A stretch of DNA of 64,000 bases from Bacteroidia bacterium (GTDB lineage: Bacteria > Bacteroidota > Bacteroidia > Bacteroidales > VadinHA17): the NCBI GenBank assembly GCA_026391475.1, contig JAPLED010000087.1, forward strand, positions 31,744 to 95,743, in the 5' to 3' direction. Below are positions 25,368-35,674 of this stretch, one piece after another. Each line of letters starts with the position of its first letter. Position 1 is the first letter of the stretch. The notes beneath the pieces are model-generated. The model worked only from the letters and a program-made list of their open reading frames with translations. It was not told where the DNA came from and did no database searches. The position numbers were made by a program, and so were the translations under genes.

Positions 25368-26981
25368 TTATTCAAGAATAACAGTTTTATCTTTCGGATA
25401 TTTGACTGAATAAGTTAATACAATCTGTTTAGTTTCCTGCTGCTTTATTTCAAGATCCCACTTGATTTCACCTGTTTGTGCGTTGTACCTGCCACCTGAT
25501 AATTCAATAGCTTCAACTGTTATGCCGCTATTTGATGAAACCGGGATCTGATCATTAAGAGTTATTTTAACAGGGTTTGCTTTATTATTCCTGATCGTCA
25601 GGAGGAATGAATAAGTCTCTGTCTTGTTCGTACCAATTACCTTTTTGTTTGTGAAATCTTTGCGTTTCTCCCTTTTTACCAGGATACTGTTATCTGTTCC
25701 CAGGGATATTGTAAGAGTATCTGTTAGCTGGTTAACATTCAGGTATGATTTGCCGACGAACGAATTCTCGAAATAGAGAGTTGCCTCTCCGCTCTGAAGA
25801 CTTAATTTTGCCCAGTCGGTAATATTTGCTGTCAGGTAGACCAATGGCGACATCTTAGGCAAGGTGACATATTTGTAATCAGCAGGGGCTGTAAGCCGCT
25901 GAATTTCAACCGTCTGCATTTTACCATCAGAAGGTATAGTATATGGGATAGCAATATCAAATGTGATCGTTGTCTCTCCAACCTGTTTTTCAACTGTTAT
26001 CGGGGTAGCTTCCATCGCCTTTGCTTCCATTTTAGTATCAGCAGCCATTTCCAACATCAAAGGAGCATCGCTTCGGTTTACACCTGCAATCTTACCTCTT
26101 TGGATTGGTGGGGCAGGATAATAATAATCAATAAACCATGGATATAAAACAGGGATATCTCCTGCTACCCATGGTGTGGCGTTTGAGAAACTTAACTTAA
26201 CATCTTTCCACGCAACTCCGGAGTTCTGAAAAACATTGGCCTTGTAAAAAATTGTAACAGGATTTTTAATATCATCAACCCTGATATCATATGAAGGATA
26301 CCACCCAGCATTTGTAACAACATAACTGAAGGAGAATTTTCCGGAAAGCTGTTTTTCAGAGGTGACGGTAACAGAAATCTCACCAGAAGGAAGTTGTTGT
26401 TTTCCAAGTTTTTCGGCTATCTGCTGCTGAAGGGCAGTTATCTGCTTTTCATAATCTTTTATCAAGCGCTCTTTTTTCAGTGATGTCATAGTGATTTGAT
26501 CCATGTTATTAGTATACAGATCCATAACACTCTTAAGCTGTTCAATAGTAAATGTTGTTTCCTTAACAAGAATAGCCCTGTTGGCTACAAGGAAAGCCTC
26601 TTTTTCCTTAAGAATTCTGAGAGCAGCCTTCTCATCCTCTACTTTAATCTGAAGAGCCTCGATCTGACTCTTAATATTCTTTACTTCCGGGGCATCTTCA
26701 AGATTCAGCAGATAATTATTTTGGTGATTGACAGAGAGGATAGTGAATTCTCCAAATCCCTTTACCTGTATACTCTGTACGTCTATAAAAGGAGAGAGAC
26801 CTGAAAGTTTCAGGATAGTTTTCCCTGGCAATAGCGAAACGGATGTCTCATGATCAATTTGTGCCCGGTCGGGAAAAACTGTAACATGCTTTATTTCAGC
26901 TTTTATCTCCTTTTCAGTCTGGGCAGTAAGACTAAGTCCAGTCGAAATGAGGAATATTGAAACAATTACAACTCTTTTCAT
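25368..26981 (-). CDS. DUF4139/DUF4140 (mucoidy inhibitor MuiA-like) family secreted protein
   Basis: 537 aa with a signal peptide. The layout is an N-terminal beta region, a central coiled coil (ALQIKVEDEKAALRILKEKEAF...) and a C-terminal beta domain, as in this family. Assignment is from recollection of the family architecture. Confidence 0.6.
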   Translation of the reverse strand: MKRVVIVSIFLISTGLSLTAQTEKEIKAEIKHVTVFPDRAQIDHETSVSLLPGKTILKLSGLSPFIDVQSIQVKGFGEFTILSVNHQNNYLLNLEDAPEVKNIKSQIEALQIKVEDEKAALRILKEKEAFLVANRAILVKETTFTIEQLKSVMDLYTNNMDQITMTSLKKERLIKDYEKQITALQQQIAEKLGKQQLPSGEISVTVTSEKQLSGKFSFSYVVTNAGWYPSYDIRVDDIKNPVTIFYKANVFQNSGVAWKDVKLSFSNATPWVAGDIPVLYPWFIDYYYPAPPIQRGKIAGVNRSDAPLMLEMAADTKMEAKAMEATPITVEKQVGETTITFDIAIPYTIPSDGKMQTVEIQRLTAPADYKYVTLPKMSPLVYLTANITDWAKLSLQSGEATLYFENSFVGKSYLNVNQLTDTLTISLGTDNSILVKREKRKDFTNKKVIGTNKTETYSFLLTIRNNKANPVKITLNDQIPVSSNSGITVEAIELSGGRYNAQTGEIKWDLEIKQQETKQIVLTYSVKYPKDKTVILE

Positions 26982-27136
26982 ACTTCAATTATAAAATTAG
27001 TTCTCTAAAGTTAAGATTTTTTTTTACGCCTTTATGCCGTTGCATAATTGAGTCTTAAATATATGTTAAATATTCTCTTTTCCTGCTCCAGATCGGTGTA
27101 ATTCCATATCTTCGCCAAATATTTAAAAAATTCAAA

Positions 27137-28204
27137 ATGAAAGGACTAAGAATTGGGAATCTTACGATACCAGTTCCAGTTATACAAGGTGCTATGGGTG
27201 TAGGCATTTCTCTTTCAGGACTTGCTTCTGCTGTCGCGAATGAAGGTGGAGCAGGGATTATCTCAAGCGCCGGACTCGGTCTTTTGTACAAAGATTTTTC
27301 ATCTGATTTTCTCGAAGCCAGCATATACGGACTCAAAGAAGAGATACGCAAAGCCCGTGAAAAGACATTAGGTGTTATCGGTGTTAATGTTATGGTTGCG
27401 ATGACCAATTTTACCGATATGATTAAAACGGCAATCTCTGAAAAGGTCGATATAATTACGGCCGGAGCAGGCCTTCCGCTTAATCTGCCGTCTTTTTTGA
27501 AAAAAGACAGTACCACAAAGCTGATACCCATTGTCTCATCCGCAAGGGCAACAAAGATAATCTGTGAAAAATGGAAAGCCAATTACGATTATCTGCCCGA
27601 TGCTGTTATTGTGGAAGGTCCCAAGGCGGGTGGACATCTGGGCTTTAAAGAAGAACAGATATTTGATGTTGATTATTCTCTTGAAAAGCTTGTCCCGGAA
27701 ATCGTCAATGAACTGAAAATATTTGAGGATAAGTATGATACAAAAATTCCACTTATTGCTGCGGGGGGTATTTATACGGGCGAAGACATTCATAATATTC
27801 TGAATCTGGGAGCTTCGGGAGTTCAGATGGCTACCCGTTTTGTAACAACTGAAGAATGTGATGCATCACCTGCTTTCAAACAGGCTTATATCGATGCTGA
27901 AAGTTCTGATATTGAAATTATTAAAAGTCCTGTGGGTATGCCGGGACGGGCAATCATTAGCAACTTTATTACAAAAGTGAGAGAGGGTAAAAAGCAGCCG
28001 AAAAGATGTCCTTTCAAATGTATCAAGACATGTGATATATCAAAAAGCCCCTATTGTATAATAATCGCACTAATTAATGCACTTAAGGGTAATTTTGAAA
28101 GTGGCTATGCGTTTGCCGGATCAAACGCTTTCAGGGCAACTAAAATTTCTTCGGTAAAAGAGATATTTCAATCTTTATTAAAGGAATATAAAGAAAGTAA
28201 GTAA
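27137..28204 (+). CDS. Nitronate monooxygenase / NAD(P)H-dependent flavin oxidoreductase family (FabK-like)
   Basis: TIM-barrel FMN-binding signatures: PVIQGAMGVG, VIVEGPKAGGHLG, IAAGGIYTGEDI. Confidence 0.8.
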   Translation: MKGLRIGNLTIPVPVIQGAMGVGISLSGLASAVANEGGAGIISSAGLGLLYKDFSSDFLEASIYGLKEEIRKAREKTLGVIGVNVMVAMTNFTDMIKTAISEKVDIITAGAGLPLNLPSFLKKDSTTKLIPIVSSARATKIICEKWKANYDYLPDAVIVEGPKAGGHLGFKEEQIFDVDYSLEKLVPEIVNELKIFEDKYDTKIPLIAAGGIYTGEDIHNILNLGASGVQMATRFVTTEECDASPAFKQAYIDAESSDIEIIKSPVGMPGRAIISNFITKVREGKKQPKRCPFKCIKTCDISKSPYCIIIALINALKGNFESGYAFAGSNAFRATKISSVKEIFQSLLKEYKESK

Positions 28205-28232
28205 GTAGTCTGACTTTTTAAATTTTCAAATT

Positions 28233-29648
28233 TTAATTAACCAACTCCAGATAACTCACACTCCCTGTCGCTACAACAGCTTCTCCTTTATTCGCCATCG
28301 GGCAACCGGGAACAGGACAATTGATTATTTTGTGTTCATTATTATCTGAAGGCTCCCATCCCATAATAAAGTATAATACAAAGAAACCTATTATATAAGC
28401 CACTGCTATATGCCAGCCGTTTTTAACCCAGAGAACGACATTACGGGCTTCAGGAAATTTATTGGTAATAGCCACACCTGCAGATGATCCAAACCATATC
28501 ATTGACCCTCCGAATCCGACACTATATGCCAGCATTCCCCAGTCATAGTGACCCTGATCGAGGCAAAGCTTGGTAAGCGGGATGTTATCAAATACTGCTG
28601 AAAGGAATCCGAGGGCAAGGGCAGTGATCCATGAAGCATCTGGGAGTTCTTCTACCGGCATCATCGAAGCACAAAACACTAAACATAGCAGGAATATTGT
28701 TCCTTTAATAGCTCCTGGTACCTCTTGCCATGGAACAGGCCTTAGAAGCGCTCCGATAACAATTGCGATCCATACTCCCAAAGCGGGCATATCGTAAAGT
28801 ATATTGGAAATAATTGCGCCGGCAAGGATAAGACCAACGTTAAAGATCTTTACCCAGTCAATCTTCACTGTTAAATCTGAATCTTTTTGTATTCTTTGGT
28901 ATTTGTCCTGCTGATGTGATGCAAACCAGGCAAAAAACAAAAGTGCGGTACCGGCAGCTATAAACCCATGCAGAACATTAAATGCGCTGACACCGTCAAT
29001 CCACATCATTGTTGTAGTTGTATCTCCTACAACGCTTCCGCTTCCTCCTCCATTGCTTGCAGCCACAATGGCTGCGATATAACCGATGTGAACTTTTTTC
29101 TTAAATACCACCAGGGCAATTGCTCCACCGATAAGAGCAGCAGCAATATTATCAAGGAATGATGATAAAATGAATACGAAGACTAAAAGTATAAACGGAC
29201 CTTTCCAGTCATCAGGAAGAAATCGTGGTAATACATCCGGAACACCTGATTCTTCAAATATTTTTGATAAAATAGCGAAACCAAGCAAGAGACCCAGAAG
29301 ATTAATTATAATACCCCATTCCCCTTGACGTAAACCTTTGTCCATTAATTGTTCGCCAAATGGGGTTTGGCCAAAAAGATGTTCGATGAGATGAAAGCCC
29401 GGATCAAAAACAAGTTTGAAAGTCAGCAATACAGTAAGTCCGATGACTGCAACCCGGAAGGTGTGTTTGTGAAACAGAGCTACCCCGAGAAGAATAAATC
29501 CGAAAATAATAAATTCAAGCCTTACAGGTCCGACTGATGGGACGGTACCTCCTGCAGCAAAAAGGCAGAACGGCGAGAATAAAATTAAAGATAGCATGAA
29601 CAATTTCTTGCTGTTAGTTATGATCAGTGATTTAAAATAGTTTTTCAT
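28233..29648 (-). CDS. NhaD/ArsB-superfamily Na+/H+ antiporter-like membrane transporter
   Basis: 471-aa polytopic membrane protein with SSFLDNIAAAL and GDTTTTMMWI motifs, reminiscent of NhaD-type antiporters. Confidence 0.65.
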   Translation of the reverse strand: MKNYFKSLIITNSKKLFMLSLILFSPFCLFAAGGTVPSVGPVRLEFIIFGFILLGVALFHKHTFRVAVIGLTVLLTFKLVFDPGFHLIEHLFGQTPFGEQLMDKGLRQGEWGIIINLLGLLLGFAILSKIFEESGVPDVLPRFLPDDWKGPFILLVFVFILSSFLDNIAAALIGGAIALVVFKKKVHIGYIAAIVAASNGGGSGSVVGDTTTTMMWIDGVSAFNVLHGFIAAGTALLFFAWFASHQQDKYQRIQKDSDLTVKIDWVKIFNVGLILAGAIISNILYDMPALGVWIAIVIGALLRPVPWQEVPGAIKGTIFLLCLVFCASMMPVEELPDASWITALALGFLSAVFDNIPLTKLCLDQGHYDWGMLAYSVGFGGSMIWFGSSAGVAITNKFPEARNVVLWVKNGWHIAVAYIIGFFVLYFIMGWEPSDNNEHKIINCPVPGCPMANKGEAVVATGSVSYLELVN

Positions 29649-29870
29649 TATGAAATAATTGTTTTTAATGGTATGATGCCTGCCTATCGGCAGACAGGCA
29701 GCTCGTCCAGCAAGGCGGGACTCGGTTCATTTATCCAGTTATGCATAAATAATTAAATCGAAAATTAAGAAGTCGCCAAGATAAAAATATTTTTTGTTCC
29801 GCATCCATTTAAAAGTTGCCATTTTCAATCTTTTATAATCATCTCTCCATATTCAAATTTCCAGAAAGAT

Positions 29871-29903
29871 TCTGTCACAAATCCTATATTTTTTATACTT
29901 TTG
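29871..29903 (+). promoter_or_regulatory. Candidate promoter of the suf operon (-33-like TCTG, 21-nt spacer, -7 TACTTTTG)
   Basis: TACTTTTG at 29896-29903 fits TAnnTTTG. TCTG at 29871-29874 is a 3/4 match to TTTG at the correct spacing. It lies about 94 nt upstream of the sufB ATG. Confidence 0.35.
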
Positions 29904-29996
29904 CATGTTTATTTAGATTAAATATAATTAACAAAATAACAAAATGTATTCAGGTTTGTTCTTATTAATAGATTAATGCTGTTGATAAACAAGTAG

Positions 29997-31445
29997 ATGG
30001 AAAAGGATCAGGATAAGATATTAAGTGACGTAACCTCAGGCGAATATAAATATGGATTCTATTCCGATATTGAAATGGATCGGATCCCTAAAGGACTCAG
30101 TGAGGATGTGGTAAGAATTATTTCGGGGAAGAAGAATGAACCTGAGTGGCTGCTCGACTTCCGCCTTAAAGCATACCGCCATTGGCTGATAATGAAAATG
30201 CCAACATGGCCAAATCTTAAAATACCACCTATTAATTATCAGGAGATTATCTTCTATGCCGCCCCGAAACTAAGGAAGAATTTAAATAGTATTGATGATA
30301 TTGATCCCGAACTGAAAAAAACATTCGACAAGCTCGGAATACCGCTCGATGAACAGAAACATCTTGCCGGGGTAGCAGTTGATGCTGTAATTGATAGTGT
30401 TTCGGTTAAGACAACTTTTAAGGAGACACTTGCTGAAATGGGAATAATATTCTGCTCGTTCAGTGATGCCGTAAAAGAATATCCCGACCTGGTTAAAAGA
30501 TATATGGGTTCAGTAGTTCCATATACCGATAATTTTTTCGCCACCCTTAACTCAGCCGTTTTCAGCGATGGTTCATTCTGTTATATTCCAAAAGGTGTAA
30601 GATGCCCTATGGAGCTCTCAACTTATTTCAGAATCAATTCGGCAAATACCGGTCAGTTTGAACGGACACTACTGATAGCAGATGAAGAAAGCTACGTCAG
30701 TTATCTGGAGGGTTGCACCGCTCCCTCAAGGGATGAAAATCAGCTTCATGCCGCAATAGTTGAGATAGTAGCAGAAAAAAATGCCGAAGTGAAATATTCC
30801 ACAGTTCAGAACTGGTATCCCGGAAATAAAGAAGGAAAAGGAGGAGTCTTCAATTTCGTAACTAAGAGAGGAATTTGCAAGGGAGAAAACTCTAAGATAT
30901 CGTGGACTCAGATTGAAACAGGGTCTGCAATTACATGGAAATATCCTTCATGTATTTTGCGCGGAGATAATTCAACAGGCGAGTTTTATTCGGTTGCCGT
31001 TACAAACAATTACCAGCAGGCCGACACAGGAACTAAGATGATCCATATCGGAAAAAATACAAAAAGCACAATCGTCTCAAAAGGGATCTCAGCCGGAAAA
31101 GGGCAGAACAGCTACAGGGGGCTTGTTAAGGTTTTAAAAAATGCAACAAATGCAAGGAATTTTTCCCAGTGCGATTCGTTATTGCTGGGCGATAAATGCG
31201 GAGCTCACACCTTCCCCTATATTGAGGTCGATAACCAGACCGCAATTGTTGAACATGAAGCAACAACTTCAAAAATAGGTGAAGATCAGATTTTTTACTG
31301 CAACCAGAGAGGTATCTCAACTGACGATGCAATCGGACTTATTGTTAACGGATATGCACGCGAGGTAATTAATAAACTACCAATGGAGTTTGCTGTTGAA
31401 GCTCAGAAGCTTCTTCAGATAAGTCTTGAGGGCAGTGTAGGCTAG
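29997..31445 (+). CDS. sufB: Fe-S cluster assembly protein SufB
   Basis: 482 aa, highly conserved SufB sequence ([30 protein letters not shown]). Confidence 0.96.
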   Translation: MEKDQDKILSDVTSGEYKYGFYSDIEMDRIPKGLSEDVVRIISGKKNEPEWLLDFRLKAYRHWLIMKMPTWPNLKIPPINYQEIIFYAAPKLRKNLNSIDDIDPELKKTFDKLGIPLDEQKHLAGVAVDAVIDSVSVKTTFKETLAEMGIIFCSFSDAVKEYPDLVKRYMGSVVPYTDNFFATLNSAVFSDGSFCYIPKGVRCPMELSTYFRINSANTGQFERTLLIADEESYVSYLEGCTAPSRDENQLHAAIVEIVAEKNAEVKYSTVQNWYPGNKEGKGGVFNFVTKRGICKGENSKISWTQIETGSAITWKYPSCILRGDNSTGEFYSVAVTNNYQQADTGTKMIHIGKNTKSTIVSKGISAGKGQNSYRGLVKVLKNATNARNFSQCDSLLLGDKCGAHTFPYIEVDNQTAIVEHEATTSKIGEDQIFYCNQRGISTDDAIGLIVNGYAREVINKLPMEFAVEAQKLLQISLEGSVG

Positions 31446-31475
31446 AATAATAATTTTATACGATTATATATTATC

Positions 31476-32240
31476 ATGTTGATTATAAATAATTTAAAAG
31501 CCTCAATCGGGGGTAAGAATATATTAAAAGGAATTAGTCTTGAGGTAAAACCCGGGGAGATCCATGCAATAATGGGTCCAAACGGATCAGGGAAAAGCAC
31601 TCTTGCTGCAGTTCTTGCAGGACGTGAGTTAGTGGAAGTCACCGAAGGAACAGTTACATATTTCGGGAAGAACCTGCTTGAAATGACAGCAGAAGACCGT
31701 GCAAAAGAGGGAATCTTCCTCGGATTTCAGTACCCCATAGAAATACCTGGGGTAAGTATGGTAAATTTCATGAAAACAGCTGTAAATGAAAATCGTAAGC
31801 ATAAAGGACTTGATCCTCTTTCAGCATCAGATTTTCTTAAAATGATGCGTGAGAAAAAAGAATTGGTTGAGATCGATTCAAAACTGGCAAACAGGTCTGT
31901 CAATGAAGGTTTTTCAGGCGGAGAAAAGAAGAAGAATGAGATTTTCCAGATGGCGATGCTCGAACCAAAACTTGCTATACTCGATGAAACTGATTCAGGC
32001 CTCGATATAGATGCTTTGCGTATTGTGGCTAATGGAGTCAACAAACTTAAGCTTCCCGATAATTCATTCATCGTTATAACTCATTACCAGAGGCTTCTCG
32101 ATTACATCATCCCGGATGTTGTTCATGTTCTTTACGATGGGAGGATAGTTAAAACAGCCGGAAAAGAACTCGCCCTTGAACTGGAAGAAAAAGGATATGA
32201 CTGGATCAAAAAAGAGGTCGAAAATAATATAATAGCATGA
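31476..32240 (+). CDS. sufC: Fe-S cluster assembly ATPase SufC
   Basis: Walker A GPNGSGKST, signature FSGGEKKK, Walker B LAILDETDSGLD. Confidence 0.96.
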   Translation: MLIINNLKASIGGKNILKGISLEVKPGEIHAIMGPNGSGKSTLAAVLAGRELVEVTEGTVTYFGKNLLEMTAEDRAKEGIFLGFQYPIEIPGVSMVNFMKTAVNENRKHKGLDPLSASDFLKMMREKKELVEIDSKLANRSVNEGFSGGEKKKNEIFQMAMLEPKLAILDETDSGLDIDALRIVANGVNKLKLPDNSFIVITHYQRLLDYIIPDVVHVLYDGRIVKTAGKELALELEEKGYDWIKKEVENNIIA

Positions 32241-33595
32241 ACGGTAAATCAGAAGTAACAGAAAGATATATAGAACTTTATAAGGAAAATATTGACAAGA
32301 TTTCCGGTGTTTCTTCTCATTATATTAATTCTTTCAGGGAGGCAGCTTTTGAGAAATTCAGAGAGCTGGGTATCCCGACAAAGAAGAATGAAGCTTATAA
32401 GTATACCAACCTCAATATCTTTTTTGATCACGATTATAAGAGCTATTTTATGCCGGTAACATCGGATTTTGTCAAAGCTGAGGAGTTCCGTTGTGATGTA
32501 GCTGATCTTGATACGCATGGAATTGTTTTACTGAATGGATTCTATCCGACAATAAACGAAAAACTTCGTCAGTTGCCCTCTGGCGTCTGGATCGGTAGTC
32601 TCAATGAAGCGGCGGTCAGATTCGCTGACAAGATTGAAAAACACTATGGCAAATACGCAAAAACCGAAACTGACGGACTCATACATCTGAATACTGCGAT
32701 GGCTTCTGACGGTGTATTTATATATGTCCCTGAAGGAGTAACTCTGACGAAACCTGTTCAGATCGTCAACCTTGTTCAGTCGGATGAGGATATGTTTAAC
32801 CAGCACAGGAACCTTATAATTGTTGAGAAAAACGCAGAATTTTCACTCATAATCTGCGACCACACACTCTCTCCAAAAAAGTTTCTTACCAATGCAGTAA
32901 CAGAGGTATTTGTTGGCGAAAACGCCCATTTTGACATTATAAGAGTGCAGAATGAACATAATAATGCATGCAAGATAACCCATACATTTATCCATCAGGA
33001 GAAAAACAGTGTCGCTTCTTCAAATAACATGACTCTCCATGGTGGACTTATCCGGAACAGTACATATCATTACCTTGGAGGTGAAGGAGCAGAGAGCTAT
33101 TCATACGGCCTGTTCCTTGCTGACAAATGGCAGCATATCGATAATTTTGTGAATGTTGATCATGCTTCTCCGCATTGCACCAGTAACCAGTTGTTTAAGG
33201 GAGTGCTTGATGATATGTCAACAGGTGCTTTTAACGGCCGTATTCTGGTGCGACCGGATGCACAGGGAACACTTGCTTACCAGAAGAATAACAACATCCT
33301 TCTTACCGACGATGCAAAGATGGACACCAAACCACAACTCGAAATTTATGCAGATGATGTAAAATGCAGTCACGGAGCAACGGTTGGCCAACTCGACGAT
33401 GATGCTCTCTTCTATCTTCAGTCGCGTGGAATAAATAAGCGTGAAGCGAGGCTTATGCTTATGTTCGGATTTGCCCACGAAGTTATACAGAATATTAAAA
33501 TTGAAGCTCTTCGTGAAAGAATGGATAACCTGGTGATGCAGCGGCTGAAAGGAGAACTTTCACGGTGCGCCAGTTGTATGGTTAAGTGTGGATAA
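32237..33595 (+). CDS. sufD: Fe-S cluster assembly protein SufD
   Basis: 452 aa with a SufB/D beta-helix core (QKNNNILLTDDAKMDTKPQLEIYADDVKCSHGATVGQLD). 4-nt overlap with sufC. Confidence 0.92.
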   Translation: MNGKSEVTERYIELYKENIDKISGVSSHYINSFREAAFEKFRELGIPTKKNEAYKYTNLNIFFDHDYKSYFMPVTSDFVKAEEFRCDVADLDTHGIVLLNGFYPTINEKLRQLPSGVWIGSLNEAAVRFADKIEKHYGKYAKTETDGLIHLNTAMASDGVFIYVPEGVTLTKPVQIVNLVQSDEDMFNQHRNLIIVEKNAEFSLIICDHTLSPKKFLTNAVTEVFVGENAHFDIIRVQNEHNNACKITHTFIHQEKNSVASSNNMTLHGGLIRNSTYHYLGGEGAESYSYGLFLADKWQHIDNFVNVDHASPHCTSNQLFKGVLDDMSTGAFNGRILVRPDAQGTLAYQKNNNILLTDDAKMDTKPQLEIYADDVKCSHGATVGQLDDDALFYLQSRGINKREARLMLMFGFAHEVIQNIKIEALRERMDNLVMQRLKGELSRCASCMVKCG

Positions 33596-33607
33596 TCTGA
33601 AAATAAA

Positions 33608-34825
33608 GTGAAAGATATAGCAGAAATACGGGCCGATTTTCCAATTCTGAACAGGAAAGTTTACGACAAGCCCCTTGTCTATTTCGACAATGGTGCCACT
33701 ACCCAAAAACCTCAATGTGTTATTGATGCTGTAACTGAGGTATATACAACATATAATGCCAATATTCACAGAGGGGTCCACTTTTTAAGCGACATGTCAT
33801 CTGAAGCTTATGAAAATGCAAGAGAAAAAGCAAGGTCATTTATTAACGCCGGAAAAAGAGAAGAGGTTGTCTTTACATCAGGCACTACCGGTTCTATCAA
33901 TGGTATTGCTTTTTCCTTCGGTGAACGATATATTAAACCCGGTGATGAGATAATCATAAGCCATCTTGAACATCATGCCAACATTGTTCCATGGCAGATG
34001 ATGTGCGAAAGGAAAGGCGCTGTTTTACGGGTTATCCCTATTAATGATACTGGAGAAATCATCTTAGAGGAATATCTGAAAATGCTTTCATCAAAGACCA
34101 GACTTGTATCTGTCACACAGGTATCAAACGCTCTTGGAACAGTTCTTCCTGTAAATGAAATAATTGCTGCTGCACATTCTGTTAATGTACCTGTTCTCAT
34201 TGATGGGGCCCAGGGTATTCAGCACGGAGTTGTTAATATGAAAACAATGGATTGTGATTTTTATGTTTTCTCCGGCCACAAGATATACGGACCCACAGGC
34301 ATCGGAATCTTGTATGGTAAAGAGAAATGGCTTTCGGAATTGCCCCCGTTTCAGGGCGGCGGCGATATGGTTGATAAAGTTACATTTGAAAAAACTACCT
34401 ATAACGAACTTCCTTTTAAATTTGAAGCCGGAACAATGAACTTTACCGGTGCAATTGGTATGGCCAGGGCGCTGGATTATGTTAATAGTATAGGAAAGGA
34501 AGATATTGCAGTAAGGGAGAAAGAACTTCTTTCCTATGCGACAGAAAAACTATCGGGCATAAACGGTTTGAAAATATATGGTAATTCTGTCAGGAAGATT
34601 CCGATAATCTCTTTTCTTCTGAAAGATATACACCAATATGATGCCGGAATGATCCTTGACAAGATGGGAATAGCCGTCAGGACCGGGACACATTGCGCTC
34701 AACCGGTGATGGACCGTTATGGTATCGATGGCACAATACGGGCTTCAATCTGTTTTTATAATACAAAAGAAGAGATTGACACTCTTGTTGTTGGAATTGA
34801 AAAGGTGATTAGTATGTTTGCATAA
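33608..34825 (+). CDS. sufS: Cysteine desulfurase SufS (class V aminotransferase group II)
   Basis: PLP-lysine context FSGHKIYGPTGIG and active-site Cys loop RTGTHCAQP. GTG start per the ORF track. Confidence 0.93.
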   Translation: MKDIAEIRADFPILNRKVYDKPLVYFDNGATTQKPQCVIDAVTEVYTTYNANIHRGVHFLSDMSSEAYENAREKARSFINAGKREEVVFTSGTTGSINGIAFSFGERYIKPGDEIIISHLEHHANIVPWQMMCERKGAVLRVIPINDTGEIILEEYLKMLSSKTRLVSVTQVSNALGTVLPVNEIIAAAHSVNVPVLIDGAQGIQHGVVNMKTMDCDFYVFSGHKIYGPTGIGILYGKEKWLSELPPFQGGGDMVDKVTFEKTTYNELPFKFEAGTMNFTGAIGMARALDYVNSIGKEDIAVREKELLSYATEKLSGINGLKIYGNSVRKIPIISFLLKDIHQYDAGMILDKMGIAVRTGTHCAQPVMDRYGIDGTIRASICFYNTKEEIDTLVVGIEKVISMFA

Positions 34826-34834
34826 AGAAATTAT

Positions 34835-35257
34835 ATGACAATCAGCGAAGTACAAGATAGTATAATTGAAGAGTTTTCATTGTTTGATGACTGGATGGAT
34901 AAATATAACCTTCTTATTGATATGGGAAAAGAATTGCCGGTTATTGATCCTAAGTTCAAAGTAAAAGATTTTCTGATAGAGGGCTGTCAATCGAAGGTAT
35001 GGCTGCATCCTGATTATGATGGTAAAATAATAACTTTCACTGCCGATAGTGATGCAATTATAACAAGAGGTATTGTAGCTCTTCTGATAAAAGTATTTTC
35101 AAACCGGACGCCGGAAGAGATAATATCTACAGATCTCTATTTTATTGAAAAGATAGGACTGAGGCAGAACCTCTCTCCGACGCGTTCCAACGGACTTCTT
35201 TCAATGGTACGTCAGATGAAACTTTATGCACTGGCTTTTAATGCAAAAAGTAATTAG
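34835..35257 (+). CDS. sufE: Cysteine desulfuration (sulfur acceptor) protein SufE
   Basis: 140 aa with the conserved IEGCQSKVWL active-site cysteine motif. Confidence 0.9.
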   Translation: MTISEVQDSIIEEFSLFDDWMDKYNLLIDMGKELPVIDPKFKVKDFLIEGCQSKVWLHPDYDGKIITFTADSDAIITRGIVALLIKVFSNRTPEEIISTDLYFIEKIGLRQNLSPTRSNGLLSMVRQMKLYALAFNAKSN

Positions 35258-35265
35258 TGAAAGTT

Positions 35266-35293
35266 CCCCTCCTTGGAGGGGGCAGGGGTGGGT
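35266..35293. repeat. GC-rich CCCCTCC-TT-GGAGGGG palindrome plus a G-rich tail, in the sufE/DUF59 spacer
   Basis: The sequence reads cccctccttggagggggcaggggtgggt. The same CCCCTCC / GGAGG(T)GG motif set recurs at 51185-51292. Confidence 0.5.
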
Positions 35294-35341
35294 AAAAAGG
35301 ATATATAATAAAATATTGATCACTCTTAAAACAATGTAACA

Positions 35342-35662
35342 ATGGACTCCTCCGAACAGCTTGAAATTGAAACCAGGATTGGAGCAGTACTGAAGAGTAT
35401 ATTTGATCCGGAAATCCCGGTGAATATTTATGACCTGGGTCTCATCTATGAGATAAGTATTGATGATGAGCATATTGCGCATATAACCATGACACTTACT
35501 GCTCCCAATTGTCCAATGGCTGAAGAACTTGTTGAGGAGGTAAAATATAAAGTGGGTGGTACCAGAGGTGTTAAAGACTGTGATCTTAAACTTACTTTCA
35601 ATCCGCCCTGGGATAAAAGTATGCTCAGCGATGAGGCTAAACTTGAGCTTGGATTTCTTTAG
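35342..35662 (+). CDS. SUF-system Fe-S assembly protein, DUF59 (SufT/PaaD-like)
   Basis: 106 aa with the DPEIPVNIYDLGLIY and LTAPNCPMAE motifs typical of DUF59 proteins. Confidence 0.88.
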   Translation: MDSSEQLEIETRIGAVLKSIFDPEIPVNIYDLGLIYEISIDDEHIAHITMTLTAPNCPMAEELVEEVKYKVGGTRGVKDCDLKLTFNPPWDKSMLSDEAKLELGFL

Positions 35663-35674
35663 AATTATTTGTAT

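Noticed and set aside
27055-27582. 175-aa minus-strand ORF
   Set aside because: It is antisense to the well-supported nitronate monooxygenase-family gene. It has no recognisable motifs and unusual composition.
29672-29730. GC-rich imperfect hairpin (TGCCTGCCTATCGGCAGACAGGCA) upstream of the NhaD-like gene, considered as a riboswitch or sRNA
   Set aside because: It is only a short imperfect stem with alternative pairings. No conserved riboswitch core was recognised. It may belong to the same class of GC-rich intergenic hairpins, but the evidence is too thin to call.
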